The position numbers and the translations under genes were made by a program. A DNA stretch of 64,000 nt. It comes from an uncultured Actinomycetes bacterium (GTDB lineage: Bacteria; Actinomycetota; Thermoleophilia; UBA2241). Position 1 is the stretch's first letter. The number at the start of each line of letters is the position of its first letter. The notes beneath the pieces were generated by a model. That model did no database searches and was not told the origin of the DNA. It saw only the letters and a list, made by a program, of their open reading frames with translations. Location of the stretch: the NCBI GenBank assembly GCA_963755025.1, contig CAVWIH010000012.1, positions 14,017-78,016 of the forward strand, given 5' to 3'. Below, piece after piece: positions 28,438 through 38,347 of this stretch.

Positions 28438-30674
28438 AAGTGTCGGGCAGGCTGGCCTACTTCGTCTGCCTCGCGGCCTTGGCCGTCGTCGCGGCGCTGG
28501 CCATGGCGCGCGTCGCCCGGCCCTCGATCGCCTCGGCGATGGTCTGGGCGGCGCTGCTGGCGACCGCCGCGGGTGCGCCCGGCCTGGTGCGACGGCGCGC
28601 CTGGCCCCTCGCGCTGCCCCTGCTGGTCGTCGGCGCCTACCTGGTGGCTCGCGTGCAGACCCCCCTGTCGGGCGACCGCGGCTTCCTGGGTCTCGGCTTC
28701 TACGTCGGCCAGATCCGCTCGGGCGCCCACGCCTACTCCACGCGCGCCTTCCCTCTGCCCCTCTTCGGGGCGCCGGGGCTCAGGCTCCTGCTCACGCTCG
28801 TCGTCTACGCGGGCGCCGGCCTCGCGTCGCTGCTCGCCCTCGGCCTGCGCCGCCCGCTGGCGGCGATCGTCGTCTTCCTCATGCTCCTGGGCTTCAGCCT
28901 GACGGTCGACGGCGCCGGCAGCGTCGTGGCGCTGCCCCTCACCTTCCTGGTGCTGTCGGGCTGTCTGCTGGCCCTCTCTCGCTCGCTCGAGCGGGCCCGG
29001 GGCACCGCCGAGGGCGTCGTGGCCGGTGCGGCCACGGCGGTGGTGGCTACCGTCCTCGCGCTGTTCCTGCTGGTGGCGACCCCCGTCGCGGCCAGCAAGC
29101 CCTGGCAGGACTGGAGCACGTGGGGGTCGGCCGGAGCGAACGCGTCACGCCTCACCTTCGACTTCATGTTGAACTATCCCAGCCTCCTCGACCCCAAGAC
29201 CAACGCGCCGGTCTTCACGGTCCAGTCGCAGATCCCCTCGTACTGGCGAGCCAACGCCCTCGAAGACTTCACCGGCCAGGCGTGGCTGGCGCCCGCGGCG
29301 AGGGGTGCGCCGCTTGCCCCCGAAGACGTCGCCGACCAGAACACCTACGACGTGCCGAGCGGCTTGTCGCCCTTGTCGGGCACGGCGACCCTCGAGCTCT
29401 TCAAGCTGCAGTCCCTGTCGACCCCGTTCCTGCTGTCGGGCGGTCTTCCCCAGGTCGTGAACGTGAGCGGGCGCGCGCCCCTGTACGCGATAGGCCCGCA
29501 GGCGCTCCAGTTGCCGCGGGCGCTGGCACCTCAGGCGAGCTACTCGGTCACCGCCACGATCGCCCAGCACAAGCCCACCGACCTGGTCGCCCGTGGGCGC
29601 GACTACCCGGCGGCCGTGGCCGGCGACCTCGCCCTGCCGTTCCCCGCCGCCGCGCCGTTCACCGCGCAGCAGTGGCTCGCCGCCATGAGCGGCAGCGCCG
29701 CCGACAGGGAATGGCGCGGCCTGTACGCGCTCAACCAGCAGATCGTGGGCCAGGCCACCGACCCCTACCAGATCACGCTTCGTATCGAGCAGTACCTGCG
29801 CCCGCACTACACCTACTCGCTCACCCCGCCGCCGACCCACTACGCGTCGCCCTACGCGGCGTTCCTGTTCGACACGCGCATCGGCTACTGCCAGCACTTC
29901 GCCGGCGCCATGGCCGTGCTGCTGCGCTTCAACGGGATACCCGCCCGCGTGGCGGTCGGCTTCACGACCGGTGGCCTGGTCGGCCAAAGACACCTACGCC
30001 GTCGACAGGAACGATGCCCACGCCTGGGTCGAGGTCTACTTCCCCGACGTCGGCTGGGCGCGTTCGACCCCACACCGGGCGACAGCCTGCCCGGCGTCGG
30101 CCCGTCGTCGACCAACGCCGGCTTCGTCGACCCTTCCCCAGGAGCGTCGGGGCGCGGCCTCGGTCGCCGCCGGGGACCGCGCCGCCGAAGCTGCAGGGCC
30201 TGCCCAACGGCGCGACGGCCAAGAAGCCGAGCGGCGGTACTGGGCGCCGTCGCCGCGACCTCGCGCACGCCCCGACTGGCTGCCCTGGGCGCTGGGCCTC
30301 GCGTGCGCCGTCTGGCCTGGCCGTTCGCCACGGGCCGCCGTGCGACGCCGCGGCCTGCACCGGGGCGGCGCCGACGCCGGCTGCGGGCCTCGCTCGCGCT
30401 GGTTACTGCCGAGCTCGACGACTACGGCGTCGGCGTACCGCGCTCGCAGACGCTCGAGGAGACCGCGCGCCTGCTGAAGGAGTGCCTCGGACTACGACGC
30501 GACCCGCTCACCGATCGCGCCGAAGCCGTGCTGTTCGGCGGGCGCGCCGCCGACGGGCGCGATCTGGCCGACATCGCCAGGCTGCGCGCCGAGCTGCGGC
30601 GCCGGTTGCGGGCGCGCGCGGGCTGGACCGGCGCCGTGCGGGCGAGCTACGGTCTGCGCGCGGCGCTGCGGTAG
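28434..30674 (+). CDS. TgpA-like membrane transglutaminase-family protein (compensating frameshifts near 29980-30070)
   Basis: Multi-TM N-terminus; YWR; catalytic GYCQHFAGAMAVLLRFNGIPARVAVGF; HAWVEVYFPDVGW lies in the neighbouring frame 29971..; then FDPTP. Confidence 0.88.
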   Translation: MKVSGRLAYFVCLAALAVVAALAMARVARPSIASAMVWAALLATAAGAPGLVRRRAWPLALPLLVVGAYLVARVQTPLSGDRGFLGLGFYVGQIRSGAHAYSTRAFPLPLFGAPGLRLLLTLVVYAGAGLASLLALGLRRPLAAIVVFLMLLGFSLTVDGAGSVVALPLTFLVLSGCLLALSRSLERARGTAEGVVAGAATAVVATVLALFLLVATPVAASKPWQDWSTWGSAGANASRLTFDFMLNYPSLLDPKTNAPVFTVQSQIPSYWRANALEDFTGQAWLAPAARGAPLAPEDVADQNTYDVPSGLSPLSGTATLELFKLQSLSTPFLLSGGLPQVVNVSGRAPLYAIGPQALQLPRALAPQASYSVTATIAQHKPTDLVARGRDYPAAVAGDLALPFPAAAPFTAQQWLAAMSGSAADREWRGLYALNQQIVGQATDPYQITLRIEQYLRPHYTYSLTPPPTHYASPYAAFLFDTRIGYCQHFAGAMAVLLRFNGIPARVAVGFTTGGLVGQRHLRRRQERCPRLGRGLLPRRRLGAFDPTPGDSLPGVGPSSTNAGFVDPSPGASGRGLGRRRGPRRRSCRACPTARRPRSRAAVLGAVAATSRTPRLAALGAGPRVRRLAWPFATGRRATPRPAPGRRRRRLRASLALVTAELDDYGVGVPRSQTLEETARLLKECLGLRRDPLTDRAEAVLFGGRAADGRDLADIARLRAELRRRLRARAGWTGAVRASYGLRAALR

Positions 30675-30794
30675 CCGCGCAAGGCGCCGCGCCGGCTTGC
30701 AGGGCGCCCGCCGGAGTGCAGCAAGGCCCGCCGTCGCGGCGCCCGAGCGCCCGCAGTTCGCCCACCCGGCGCCGCGCCTGAGCGCGGGCGCGGC

Positions 30795-32363
30795 TCACGC
30801 CATGAAGGCCCGCGCGAGGGTCTCGAACAGCCGTGCCTCTGCGGCGTCGACGGCGCGGCCCGAATAGCGTGCCCGTTCGTAGATCTCGGCAAGATCGACG
30901 GCCGCCTCGATCGGCGCCGTGACCGGCGCGGCGCCCGGCGCGGCACTCGCCACGAGCGGCTCGCCAGACGTGCCGCCGGCCGTGACCGGCTCGCACGGTG
31001 CGGCGCCGGGCGCGACCGGCTCGCGCGGTGCGGCGCCGAGCGCGACCGGCTCGCCCGCGGGCTCGCCGGCAGGCGCCGCCGATACGGCGGCGAGGTAGTC
31101 GCGCACGGTGACCCCCGGCTCGCGGGGCCTGCCCGCGCGGGCGAGCCGCCGCTCGAGGTCGGCGTAGCGCAGTCGGACAAGCTCGCCCGGCGTGCCGGGC
31201 CTGCGCCTCGGGCGGCGGCGCAGCCGCCGCCCGAGGCGCGCCGCGGCCAGCCCGGCCGCGGTCTTGAGCGAGACGAGCGACTCACGCTCCTCGACCACCA
31301 TGGCCGCGGCCTGTGGCGAGCGGCGGGAGCGACGCAGGGCGACGAAGACGAGGGCGCACGAAAGCACGCAGGCGGCCACCGCGCCGAGCGTCGTGAAGAG
31401 CAGCCGCGACCCGGCCCACTCCTTCGGGCCGTTCCGGCCGGGTCGAGCGAGGGCCGCCCCATGGAACGACGCCGGCGGCTTCTGGCCGGCGTGCCCGAGA
31501 TGCACGTGGACGACGCTCAGCAGCGCGGCGATCGCGCGCACGGCCTCAGCCGCGGCGTAGGCGACGAGGTAGGCGACGACGGCGAGCACGGAACGCGCCA
31601 CGAAGGCGACCGCGTCGAGCATGCCGAGCGCCACGCCCGCGCGCAGGACCTGGCTGAGCAGCGCAGCCAGCGCCACGACGAAGACGATGGCGCCGGCCAC
31701 GGCCAGCAGCCACGGCCGGACGGCCAGCCGCTCGGCCGGGTCGACCAGCGCGACGAGCGTCTGGTGGCGCACCACGGCCACGAGCAGGCCCCCGGCGGCC
31801 AGCGACGCGACCACCGCCCAGAGCCCCCAGGCCGGCGTGAAGCCGGCGAGGGCGGCGAAGGCGAGCACGGTGCACAGCAGGACGAAGCCGCGCACCGCGC
31901 GACGCACCGCGGTCTCGGGCTCAGACCGAGCGTCGCCCAGGCGGGCGCCCAGGGCGACCAGCCCGGCGACGAACACCAGGTCCCGGACGACCAGCCAGAG
32001 CGTCGACGGGTGCGCCCAGGCGCTGCCGGCCACGGCCAGCACGGCGGCGCCGGTCGCGACCAGCCCGATCTCGCGCAGGAACGCGGCGCGCCTGCCGGCG
32101 TCTCCGGCGGCGCCGTGAGCCGCGCCCTCGCCGTCGTGGTCGTCGTCGGCGTCGCCGCTGCCGGCGCGTCCGCGGCGCCGATCTGCGACCTGCCCGGCGG
32201 CCAGCGCGGCGGCGAGCACCACGGCGCAGGCAAAGACGGCGAGCCACAGGGCTCGCGGCGGCGATGCCTCGACCGCCGCCGCCGCGAGACAGGCGCACCA
32301 CAGGCCTTCGACTCCCGCGCCCAGCGCGAGGCCGGCGAGGTCAAGCGAGGAGGGGGAGCGCAT
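30795..32363 (-). CDS. Multi-pass membrane protein with a C-terminal DUF4129-like domain
   Basis: Many TM segments; RLRYADLERRLARAGRPREPGVTVRDY...LAEIYERARYS matches DUF4129; third gene of the second MoxR operon. Confidence 0.72.
   Translation of the reverse strand: MRSPSSLDLAGLALGAGVEGLWCACLAAAAVEASPPRALWLAVFACAVVLAAALAAGQVADRRRGRAGSGDADDDHDGEGAAHGAAGDAGRRAAFLREIGLVATGAAVLAVAGSAWAHPSTLWLVVRDLVFVAGLVALGARLGDARSEPETAVRRAVRGFVLLCTVLAFAALAGFTPAWGLWAVVASLAAGGLLVAVVRHQTLVALVDPAERLAVRPWLLAVAGAIVFVVALAALLSQVLRAGVALGMLDAVAFVARSVLAVVAYLVAYAAAEAVRAIAALLSVVHVHLGHAGQKPPASFHGAALARPGRNGPKEWAGSRLLFTTLGAVAACVLSCALVFVALRRSRRSPQAAAMVVEERESLVSLKTAAGLAAARLGRRLRRRPRRRPGTPGELVRLRYADLERRLARAGRPREPGVTVRDYLAAVSAAPAGEPAGEPVALGAAPREPVAPGAAPCEPVTAGGTSGEPLVASAAPGAAPVTAPIEAAVDLAEIYERARYSGRAVDAAEARLFETLARAFMA
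30961..31050 (-). repeat. 30-bp in-frame tandem repeat (3 units) inside the DUF4129 domain
   Basis: Units 30961-30990, 30991-31020 and 31021-31050 each end in GACCGGC; they encode EPVALGAAPR, EPVAPGAAPC and EPVTAGGTSG. Confidence 0.75.
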
Positions 32364-33546
32364 CGCTCGTCCTCCAGTCGAACTCTGCCGGCACGACGGC
32401 GTCGACGAAGCGCGCCTCGGCCTGCGTCGGCCGCCCCACGTAGACGACCCTGGTCGGGCGTTCGGCGCGCAGCAGGGCGAGCCGGTCGAGCACGCTCTCG
32501 CGCAGGGCGGCGGTGACCACCAGGCACTCGGCGTGGCTGCTCTCGTCGGCGAGCTCGACGGCGAGCGTGCGCTCGAAGCCGCGGGCCGTGAACAGGTGCA
32601 CGCGGGCCAGCATCTCGAGGATCTCGGGCAGCGCTCCCTGGGCGGGTTCGACGTCGGCCACGCGCCAGTCGCCAGTCAGACGGGCGTTAGAGGCGAGCCC
32701 CACGCCAAAGCCCTGCGCGGCGACCGCGCCGGCGAGGGAAGCGGCCACCACACAGAGCAGCTCCATGCGTGCGGAGCCCATGCCCTGCCAGGCGTTCTGC
32801 AGCACGCCGACGTCGAGCAGCAGGCGCACGGCGGCGAGTGAGGCCGGCTCGAACTCGTTGGTCTGCAGCGCGCCCGCGCGCGCCGTGGCTCGCCAGTTGA
32901 TGGCGCGCATCGGGTCGCCGGCGCGGTACTCCCTGATGCCGCGCAGCGCCGTAGGGTCGCTGGCGAGCGAGCGCGCCGCGGCCTCTTCGGCCAGCGGGCG
33001 GCCCAGGAACGCCGTGAAGTCGGGCACCTCGAGCACCTTGGGCAGCACGGCGACCTCGACACGCGCGTCGAGCTCGTCGCTCACCCCGGCGACGCCGAAC
33101 GGGTCGCCGGCCTCGAGCTCGACGGGACCGAAGCGGTGCAGGCCGCGCGCCGTGCAACGCACGCGATAGCGCCGCCGCAGCAGCTCGTACCAGCGCACCG
33201 AGACGGTCTGCTCGAAGACCTGCAGGCCGCGTCCCAGGGGCCGCAGCGTGAAGCCGAGCGGCTCGAGGCCGGCGGGCCACTGGTCGCGGACGCGCATCCA
33301 CAGCAGGGGGAGCAGCTTGGCGTTGGTGACGCTGACCGTCACCTCGAGCTCGCCGCCCCACGACACGACGCGCCGCGACAGCGTGCGCTCGAAGGTCACG
33401 GCGGCGAACACGCGCCGCCGGGTCGCCACGACGAGGGCGGTCAGGAACGCGGCGCAGAGCGCCGCCACGACCAGCGCCGGCGAGTGCAGCAGGGCCGCGA
33501 GGGCGACCGCCGCGGCGCCGGCGGCGGCTATCGACTTGAGCCGCAC
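32341..33546 (-). CDS. DUF58 domain protein 2
   Basis: N-terminal TMs; GDPFG; GIREYRAGDPMRAINWRATAR. Confidence 0.88.
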   Translation of the reverse strand: MRLKSIAAAGAAAVALAALLHSPALVVAALCAAFLTALVVATRRRVFAAVTFERTLSRRVVSWGGELEVTVSVTNAKLLPLLWMRVRDQWPAGLEPLGFTLRPLGRGLQVFEQTVSVRWYELLRRRYRVRCTARGLHRFGPVELEAGDPFGVAGVSDELDARVEVAVLPKVLEVPDFTAFLGRPLAEEAAARSLASDPTALRGIREYRAGDPMRAINWRATARAGALQTNEFEPASLAAVRLLLDVGVLQNAWQGMGSARMELLCVVAASLAGAVAAQGFGVGLASNARLTGDWRVADVEPAQGALPEILEMLARVHLFTARGFERTLAVELADESSHAECLVVTAALRESVLDRLALLRAERPTRVVYVGRPTQAEARFVDAVVPAEFDWRTSDALPLLA

Positions 33547-33559
33547 GACCGGCCTTCGA

Positions 33560-34543
33560 TCATGCGACCGGCGGCTCGCCGTCGCCGGGCTCGGCGGGCA
33601 CGGGCACTGCGGCCGCGACCTCGCGCAGCACGTCGGCGGCGTCGCGTCCGTCGATCGCCGCGTCGCGCGCGACGATGAGCCGATGCGCGAGGACCGGCAC
33701 GATGAGCTCCTGCACGTCGTCGGGGGTCACGTAGTCGCGCCCGGCCAGCGCCGCAACGGCCTGTGCGGCGTGTTGCAGCGAGAGCGAAGCGCGCGGGCTG
33801 GCGCCGAGGCGCAGGAGCGACGACTCGCGGGTCGCCTGGACGAGCGCCACCAGGTAGCGCGCGACGTCGTCGGCCACGTGCACCTCGCGCACCGCGGCGC
33901 GCACCGCCGGCAGGGACTCTGCCACGGCCACCGGCCGCACCTGGGCGAGCGGGTCGCCGGCGCGGAAGCGCTCGAGCATGAGGATCTCCTCGTCGCCGGT
34001 CGGGTAGCCCATGCGCAGGCGCAGCAGGAACCGGTCGAGTTGCGCCTCGGGCAGCGGGAACGTGCCCTTGAGCTCGACCGGGTTCTGCGTGGCCAGCAAC
34101 AGGAACGGGCGCGGCAGGGGGTGCGTGACGCCGTCGACGGTCACGCCCCGCTCCTCCATCGCCTCGAGAAAGGCCGACTGCGTGCGCGGCGTGGCGCGGT
34201 TGACCTCGTCGGCGAGCACGACGTTGGCGAACAGCGGACCCGGGCGGAACTCGAAGTCGCCGCGACGCTGGTCGAAGACCATCGCCCCGGTGACGTCGGC
34301 GGGCAGCAGGTCGGCCGTGCACTGCACGCGGGCGAAGCTCAGGCCCAGAGCGGCCGCGACCGTGCGCACGAGCAGGGTCTTGGCGACGCCGGGCACGTCG
34401 TCGAGCAGGACGTGGCCGTCGGCCAGGAGGGCCACCGCGATGAGCCGCGTCTGGTCGGCCTTACCGACGATGACGCCGCCTACCTGGTCGGTGAGGGCGC
34501 GGCCCAGGTCGGCGGGACTGAGGGTGACGGGATCGAGTGGTAT
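33560..34543 (-). CDS. MoxR family AAA+ ATPase 2, with a probable non-canonical ATA start
   Basis: DDVPGVAKT, RVQCTADLLPAD, LADEVNR, ATQNP, LPEAQLDRF. The conserved N-terminal VIVGK lies upstream of the track start 34435; GGAGG-N7-ATA at 34543 is in frame. Confidence 0.88.
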   Translation of the reverse strand: MPLDPVTLSPADLGRALTDQVGGVIVGKADQTRLIAVALLADGHVLLDDVPGVAKTLLVRTVAAALGLSFARVQCTADLLPADVTGAMVFDQRRGDFEFRPGPLFANVVLADEVNRATPRTQSAFLEAMEERGVTVDGVTHPLPRPFLLLATQNPVELKGTFPLPEAQLDRFLLRLRMGYPTGDEEILMLERFRAGDPLAQVRPVAVAESLPAVRAAVREVHVADDVARYLVALVQATRESSLLRLGASPRASLSLQHAAQAVAALAGRDYVTPDDVQELIVPVLAHRLIVARDAAIDGRDAADVLREVAAAVPVPAEPGDGEPPVA

Positions 34544-34631
34544 GGAGCGGCCTCCGGCGATCGCTGCAGCGGCCCGACTGTACTACATCGGCCGGCCCGG
34601 CGGCAGGCCGCCGCGACCGGCGGGCCGCCCC

Positions 34632-34697
34632 GCGCGTGACCGGTCGCCGCCCGCCTGCGCGTGAACGGTCGCCGCCCGCCTGCGCGCGGGCGGCGAC
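34632..34697. repeat. 25-bp direct repeat (x2) plus an inverted arm; probable hairpin at the end of the sugar ABC operon
   Basis: GCGCGTGA(C/A)CGGTCGCCGCCCGCCT at 34632 and 34657; GCGGGCGGCGAC (34686-34697) is complementary to both copies. Confidence 0.65.
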
Positions 34698-34707
34698 GCT
34701 TGTGCGC

Positions 34708-35613
34708 CTATTTCACCGAACCGGCCAGCAGGCCCTGGGCGAAATAGCGCTGGAAGGAGAAGAACACGGCCAGCGGCACGATCAGCGACAGGAACGAGGC
34801 CGGCGCGATGATGTTGATGTTCGAGCCGAACTCCCGCAGCTGCGTGAAGATCGCCACCGTGATGGGCTGCGTGGTGCGCCCGAACGTGAGCGCCACGAGC
34901 AGGTCGTTCCAGACCCAAAGGAACTGGAAGATGGCGAGCGACGCGAGGGCCGGCAGGCCGAGCGGCAGGACGACCCGCAGGAAGATGCGCCACTCCGAGG
35001 CCCCGTCGATGCGAGCCGCCTCCATGAGCTCTTTCGGTATCCCGATGAAGTAATTGCGCAACAGGAACACGGCGAACGGCAAGCCGAAGGCGGTGTGGAA
35101 CAGCACGATGCCGATGACCGTGTCGAACAGGCCCGCGTGATTGTAGAGCGTGAAGACCGGGATCAACGCCATCTGGTAGGGCACGACGATCGACGCGACC
35201 ACGCCGATGAAGATCCAGTCACGCCCCGGGAAATCGAGCCAGGCGAACGCATAGGCGGCAAGAGCCCCGACGAAGAGGGGCAGCAACGTGCCGCCGACCG
35301 CGATCTCGAACGTCGTGAGAAGCGCGCCCGTGATGGCGTGGTCGGAGAGCACCGTACGGTAGTTCTCGATGGACAGCAGGCTGGGGTGGGCGAATGCCCG
35401 CCACCAGCCGGTCGAGCTGATCTGCGATGGCACGATCAATGAGGTCACGAGCAGCCCAAGGGTCGGGACCAGCCACAGGATACCGATCGCCGCGAGCAGC
35501 ACGTTGAGCGGCGCATGCGCGAGCGCCCGGCTCAGCCGGTGCACCATACTCTCGCGCGCCGTGGCGGTGGCCGGCGCGATCGGGCGACCGACGGGATGGG
35601 CGACGGTGGCCAT
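34708..35613 (-). CDS. Carbohydrate ABC transporter permease (MalG-like)
   Basis: ATG 35613 overlaps the upstream TGA; EAA motif IPKELMEAARIDGAS; FLWVWNDLL. Confidence 0.92.
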   Translation of the reverse strand: MATVAHPVGRPIAPATATARESMVHRLSRALAHAPLNVLLAAIGILWLVPTLGLLVTSLIVPSQISSTGWWRAFAHPSLLSIENYRTVLSDHAITGALLTTFEIAVGGTLLPLFVGALAAYAFAWLDFPGRDWIFIGVVASIVVPYQMALIPVFTLYNHAGLFDTVIGIVLFHTAFGLPFAVFLLRNYFIGIPKELMEAARIDGASEWRIFLRVVLPLGLPALASLAIFQFLWVWNDLLVALTFGRTTQPITVAIFTQLREFGSNINIIAPASFLSLIVPLAVFFSFQRYFAQGLLAGSVK

Positions 35614-36962
35614 CAGACCTCCCTTCTGAAGCGCCGCACGTTGAGCAGCAGCACCGGGATGACGAGGATGAACAGGAACACGGCGATCGCCGACCCGAGG
35701 CCGAAGTTGTTGACGCCGCCGAACGCCGTGCGCCACATGGCGAGCGCCACGACGTTGGCCGCCGCCTGCGAGGAACCAGGGGCGATCGACAGGATGATGT
35801 CGAAGATCTTCAGCACGTAGATGATCATGGTGATGAAGACCACAGACAGCACCGGCGCGAGCAGCGGCGCCGTGACGCGCCGGAAGACCTGCCACTCACT
35901 GGCGCCGTCGGTGCGCGCCGCCTCGAGCACGTCGCGCGGAATGGCGGCCAGGCCGGCGCCGATGATGACCATGGCGAAGCCGGCCCAGATCCAGATGTAG
36001 GCGATGATCATGGCCGGCGTGATGAGTTGCGTGCCGAGCCAGCTCACCCCACTGAAGGGCAGCGCGAACGTGGCCGCTCCCACACCGACCCGGTAGCTGC
36101 CGGGTGAGACCCCGGAGAACAGGAATGTGCCGTTCGCACTACTCGTGGTGCGCGCGACGACGTTGCCGCTGGGCGCCTTGAGCTCGAGCGTCACGCCGGG
36201 CAGGCCGAGCTCGCCCCGGTCCACCTTGCCCGGGGTGCCGCCGCCCGGCTTGAAGTCGCGCCAGACCACCCCGCTGATGGCGCCGGCGCGCGCTGCCGGC
36301 ACGACCGCCTGGACCGCGTGCTTGGGAATGTCCTGCTGGGCGATGGCCGTAAGGCCAAGCATCGCCACCCCGCCGGGGCGCAGGGGCTGCCGTAGGGTGA
36401 AGCCCGCCGAGGTCGACCCTGTGAGGGCGTTGGTCGAGGGCGCCGCGCCCGACAGCGGTCCGGGCGGGCTGAAGATGTCCTTGACTCCGGCGACTGCGGC
36501 GTTGACCGCACCCTGCGACGGGTCCTGAATGTACATGATGTGCCAGATCACGCCGGCCGCGAACAGCGAGATCGCCATCGGCATGAAGACGGCCGTCTTG
36601 AAGGCGACCGACCAGCGGATGCGCTCAGTGAGCACGGCGAACACGAGTCCGATGGCGGTCACCGCTGCGGGGGCGACCGCCACCCACACCGCGTTGTTCT
36701 TGATCGCGGTGAGCAGCGTGCTCGTCGTGAACAGCGTCTTGTAGTTGCTGAGACCGATGAAATGGGAGCCGGACTGATCGAACAGGCTGCGAATGACCGT
36801 GTAGATGGTCGGATAGATCAGGAACAGACCGAAGAAGAAGGCGGCCGGGGCGAGGAAGCCGAGCACGACGGCGTAGCGCCGCCAGAACGACCCCTCGTGC
36901 GGGGACTGAGGCGGCGCCCCCCGCTGGGGGGGCGTCGCCTCTACGGGTGCTGAGACAGCCAT
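35613..36962 (-). CDS. Carbohydrate ABC transporter permease (MalF-like) with an inserted extracytoplasmic Ig-like domain
   Basis: FIGLSNY, IPRDVLEAARTDGASEW; soluble insert containing ISGVVWRDF...GELGLPGVTLEL...TTSSANGTFLFSGVSPGSYRV. Confidence 0.9.
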   Translation of the reverse strand: MAVSAPVEATPPQRGAPPQSPHEGSFWRRYAVVLGFLAPAAFFFGLFLIYPTIYTVIRSLFDQSGSHFIGLSNYKTLFTTSTLLTAIKNNAVWVAVAPAAVTAIGLVFAVLTERIRWSVAFKTAVFMPMAISLFAAGVIWHIMYIQDPSQGAVNAAVAGVKDIFSPPGPLSGAAPSTNALTGSTSAGFTLRQPLRPGGVAMLGLTAIAQQDIPKHAVQAVVPAARAGAISGVVWRDFKPGGGTPGKVDRGELGLPGVTLELKAPSGNVVARTTSSANGTFLFSGVSPGSYRVGVGAATFALPFSGVSWLGTQLITPAMIIAYIWIWAGFAMVIIGAGLAAIPRDVLEAARTDGASEWQVFRRVTAPLLAPVLSVVFITMIIYVLKIFDIILSIAPGSSQAAANVVALAMWRTAFGGVNNFGLGSAIAVFLFILVIPVLLLNVRRFRREV

Positions 36963-36992
36963 GGTCTACTCCACCTCAGGTGAGCGCACGGC

Positions 36993-38347
36993 TCACTTCT
37001 TGTAGGCCGCGGTCGCGGCCGACTGGAGCGCCTTCTCGGTGCCCGTGATGTTGCTCGGGTTCTTCAGGAAGTTGGTGAAGATCTGCCATTCGCCCTGACC
37101 GGTGGTCGAGCCGAACGCCGCCGGCTGCTGGTCGGACATGTCGTACACGACGACCGGCGCGTTCTCGAGGGCGACCGCCGCGCGGCGGCCGATCGGATCG
37201 GTGTACACGCTGGCCGGCACGTTCTTGTTGGCGGAAGAGAAGCCGCCCTGGCGAGCCCAGATCTCAGCCGCCGGCGCCGTCGCCAGGTAGCTCACGAACG
37301 CCTGTGCGGCGGGGCTGCTCTTGAACATCGTGACGATGTCGCCCCCGGCCTCCACATAGTTGCCGCCCACGCCGTTGATCGACGGGAACGGGAAGTAGTT
37401 GAAGCCGGTCGTGGGCGCGGCCTTGGTGGAGCTCGTGATCACGCTCTCCACGAAGTCGGCCTCGAAGACCATCGCGGCCTTGGGCGGATTGGTGAAGACG
37501 TTGGTCACCGACGTCGGAAAGTCGGTGGTCGCCGCGCCGCCGTTGCCGCCGTAGATGTAGCTCGAGTTGCCGTAGATTTGCTGCATGTCCTTGAGCGCGG
37601 TCGTGACCGACGGGTCGGTCCACGGGATCTGATGGTTGGTCAGCTTGTTGTACATGGCGGGACCCGCGGTGCGCAGGTAGATGTTCTCGAACAGGTCGGT
37701 GATCGGCCAGCCGACGTCGGCGCCCACCGAGTAGGGAGTCACACCCGAGGCCTTCAGCGTCTTGGCGTCGGCCAGCAGTTGAGTCCAGGTGGTGGGCGGC
37801 GTGATGCCGGCGTTCTTGAAGGCCGGCACGTTGTACCAGACGGTCGACTTGTTGGCGGCCTTGAAGAGCACGCCATAGAGGTGCCCGTTGACGGTGCCGA
37901 TGTTGGTGACGGTCGGCGAGAAGTTCGCGTCGATGACGTTCTTGGCGAAGTCGAGAGGCTTCAGCGCGCCGCTCGCCACGAACTGCTTCATCAGGCCGGG
38001 CTGCGGCAGCGCCGCGAGGTCGGGCGGGTGACCACCGGCCACCTGGGTCGCCAGGATCTGCGGCAGGTTGTTGCCGTCCGAGGTGAACGTGACCTTGATG
38101 TGCGGGTAGATCTGATTGAACCCGGCGATGACCTTCTGGAAGGCGGTCTGCTCCTGGCCGCTCCAGACGGCCGTCATCGACAGGCTGCCGCTCGTGCTCG
38201 TGGGCACCGTGCTAAACGACGCAGCGGCGTTTGGGCTGGGCGTGGTGGCCGCGTTGCTCTTGCTGCCACAGCCCGCGACGACGGCTACCAGGGCGGCGAG
38301 CAGGACCGCCAGAAGAAGCAGCCCCCTGCGGTGAAGTCGATAGGTGC

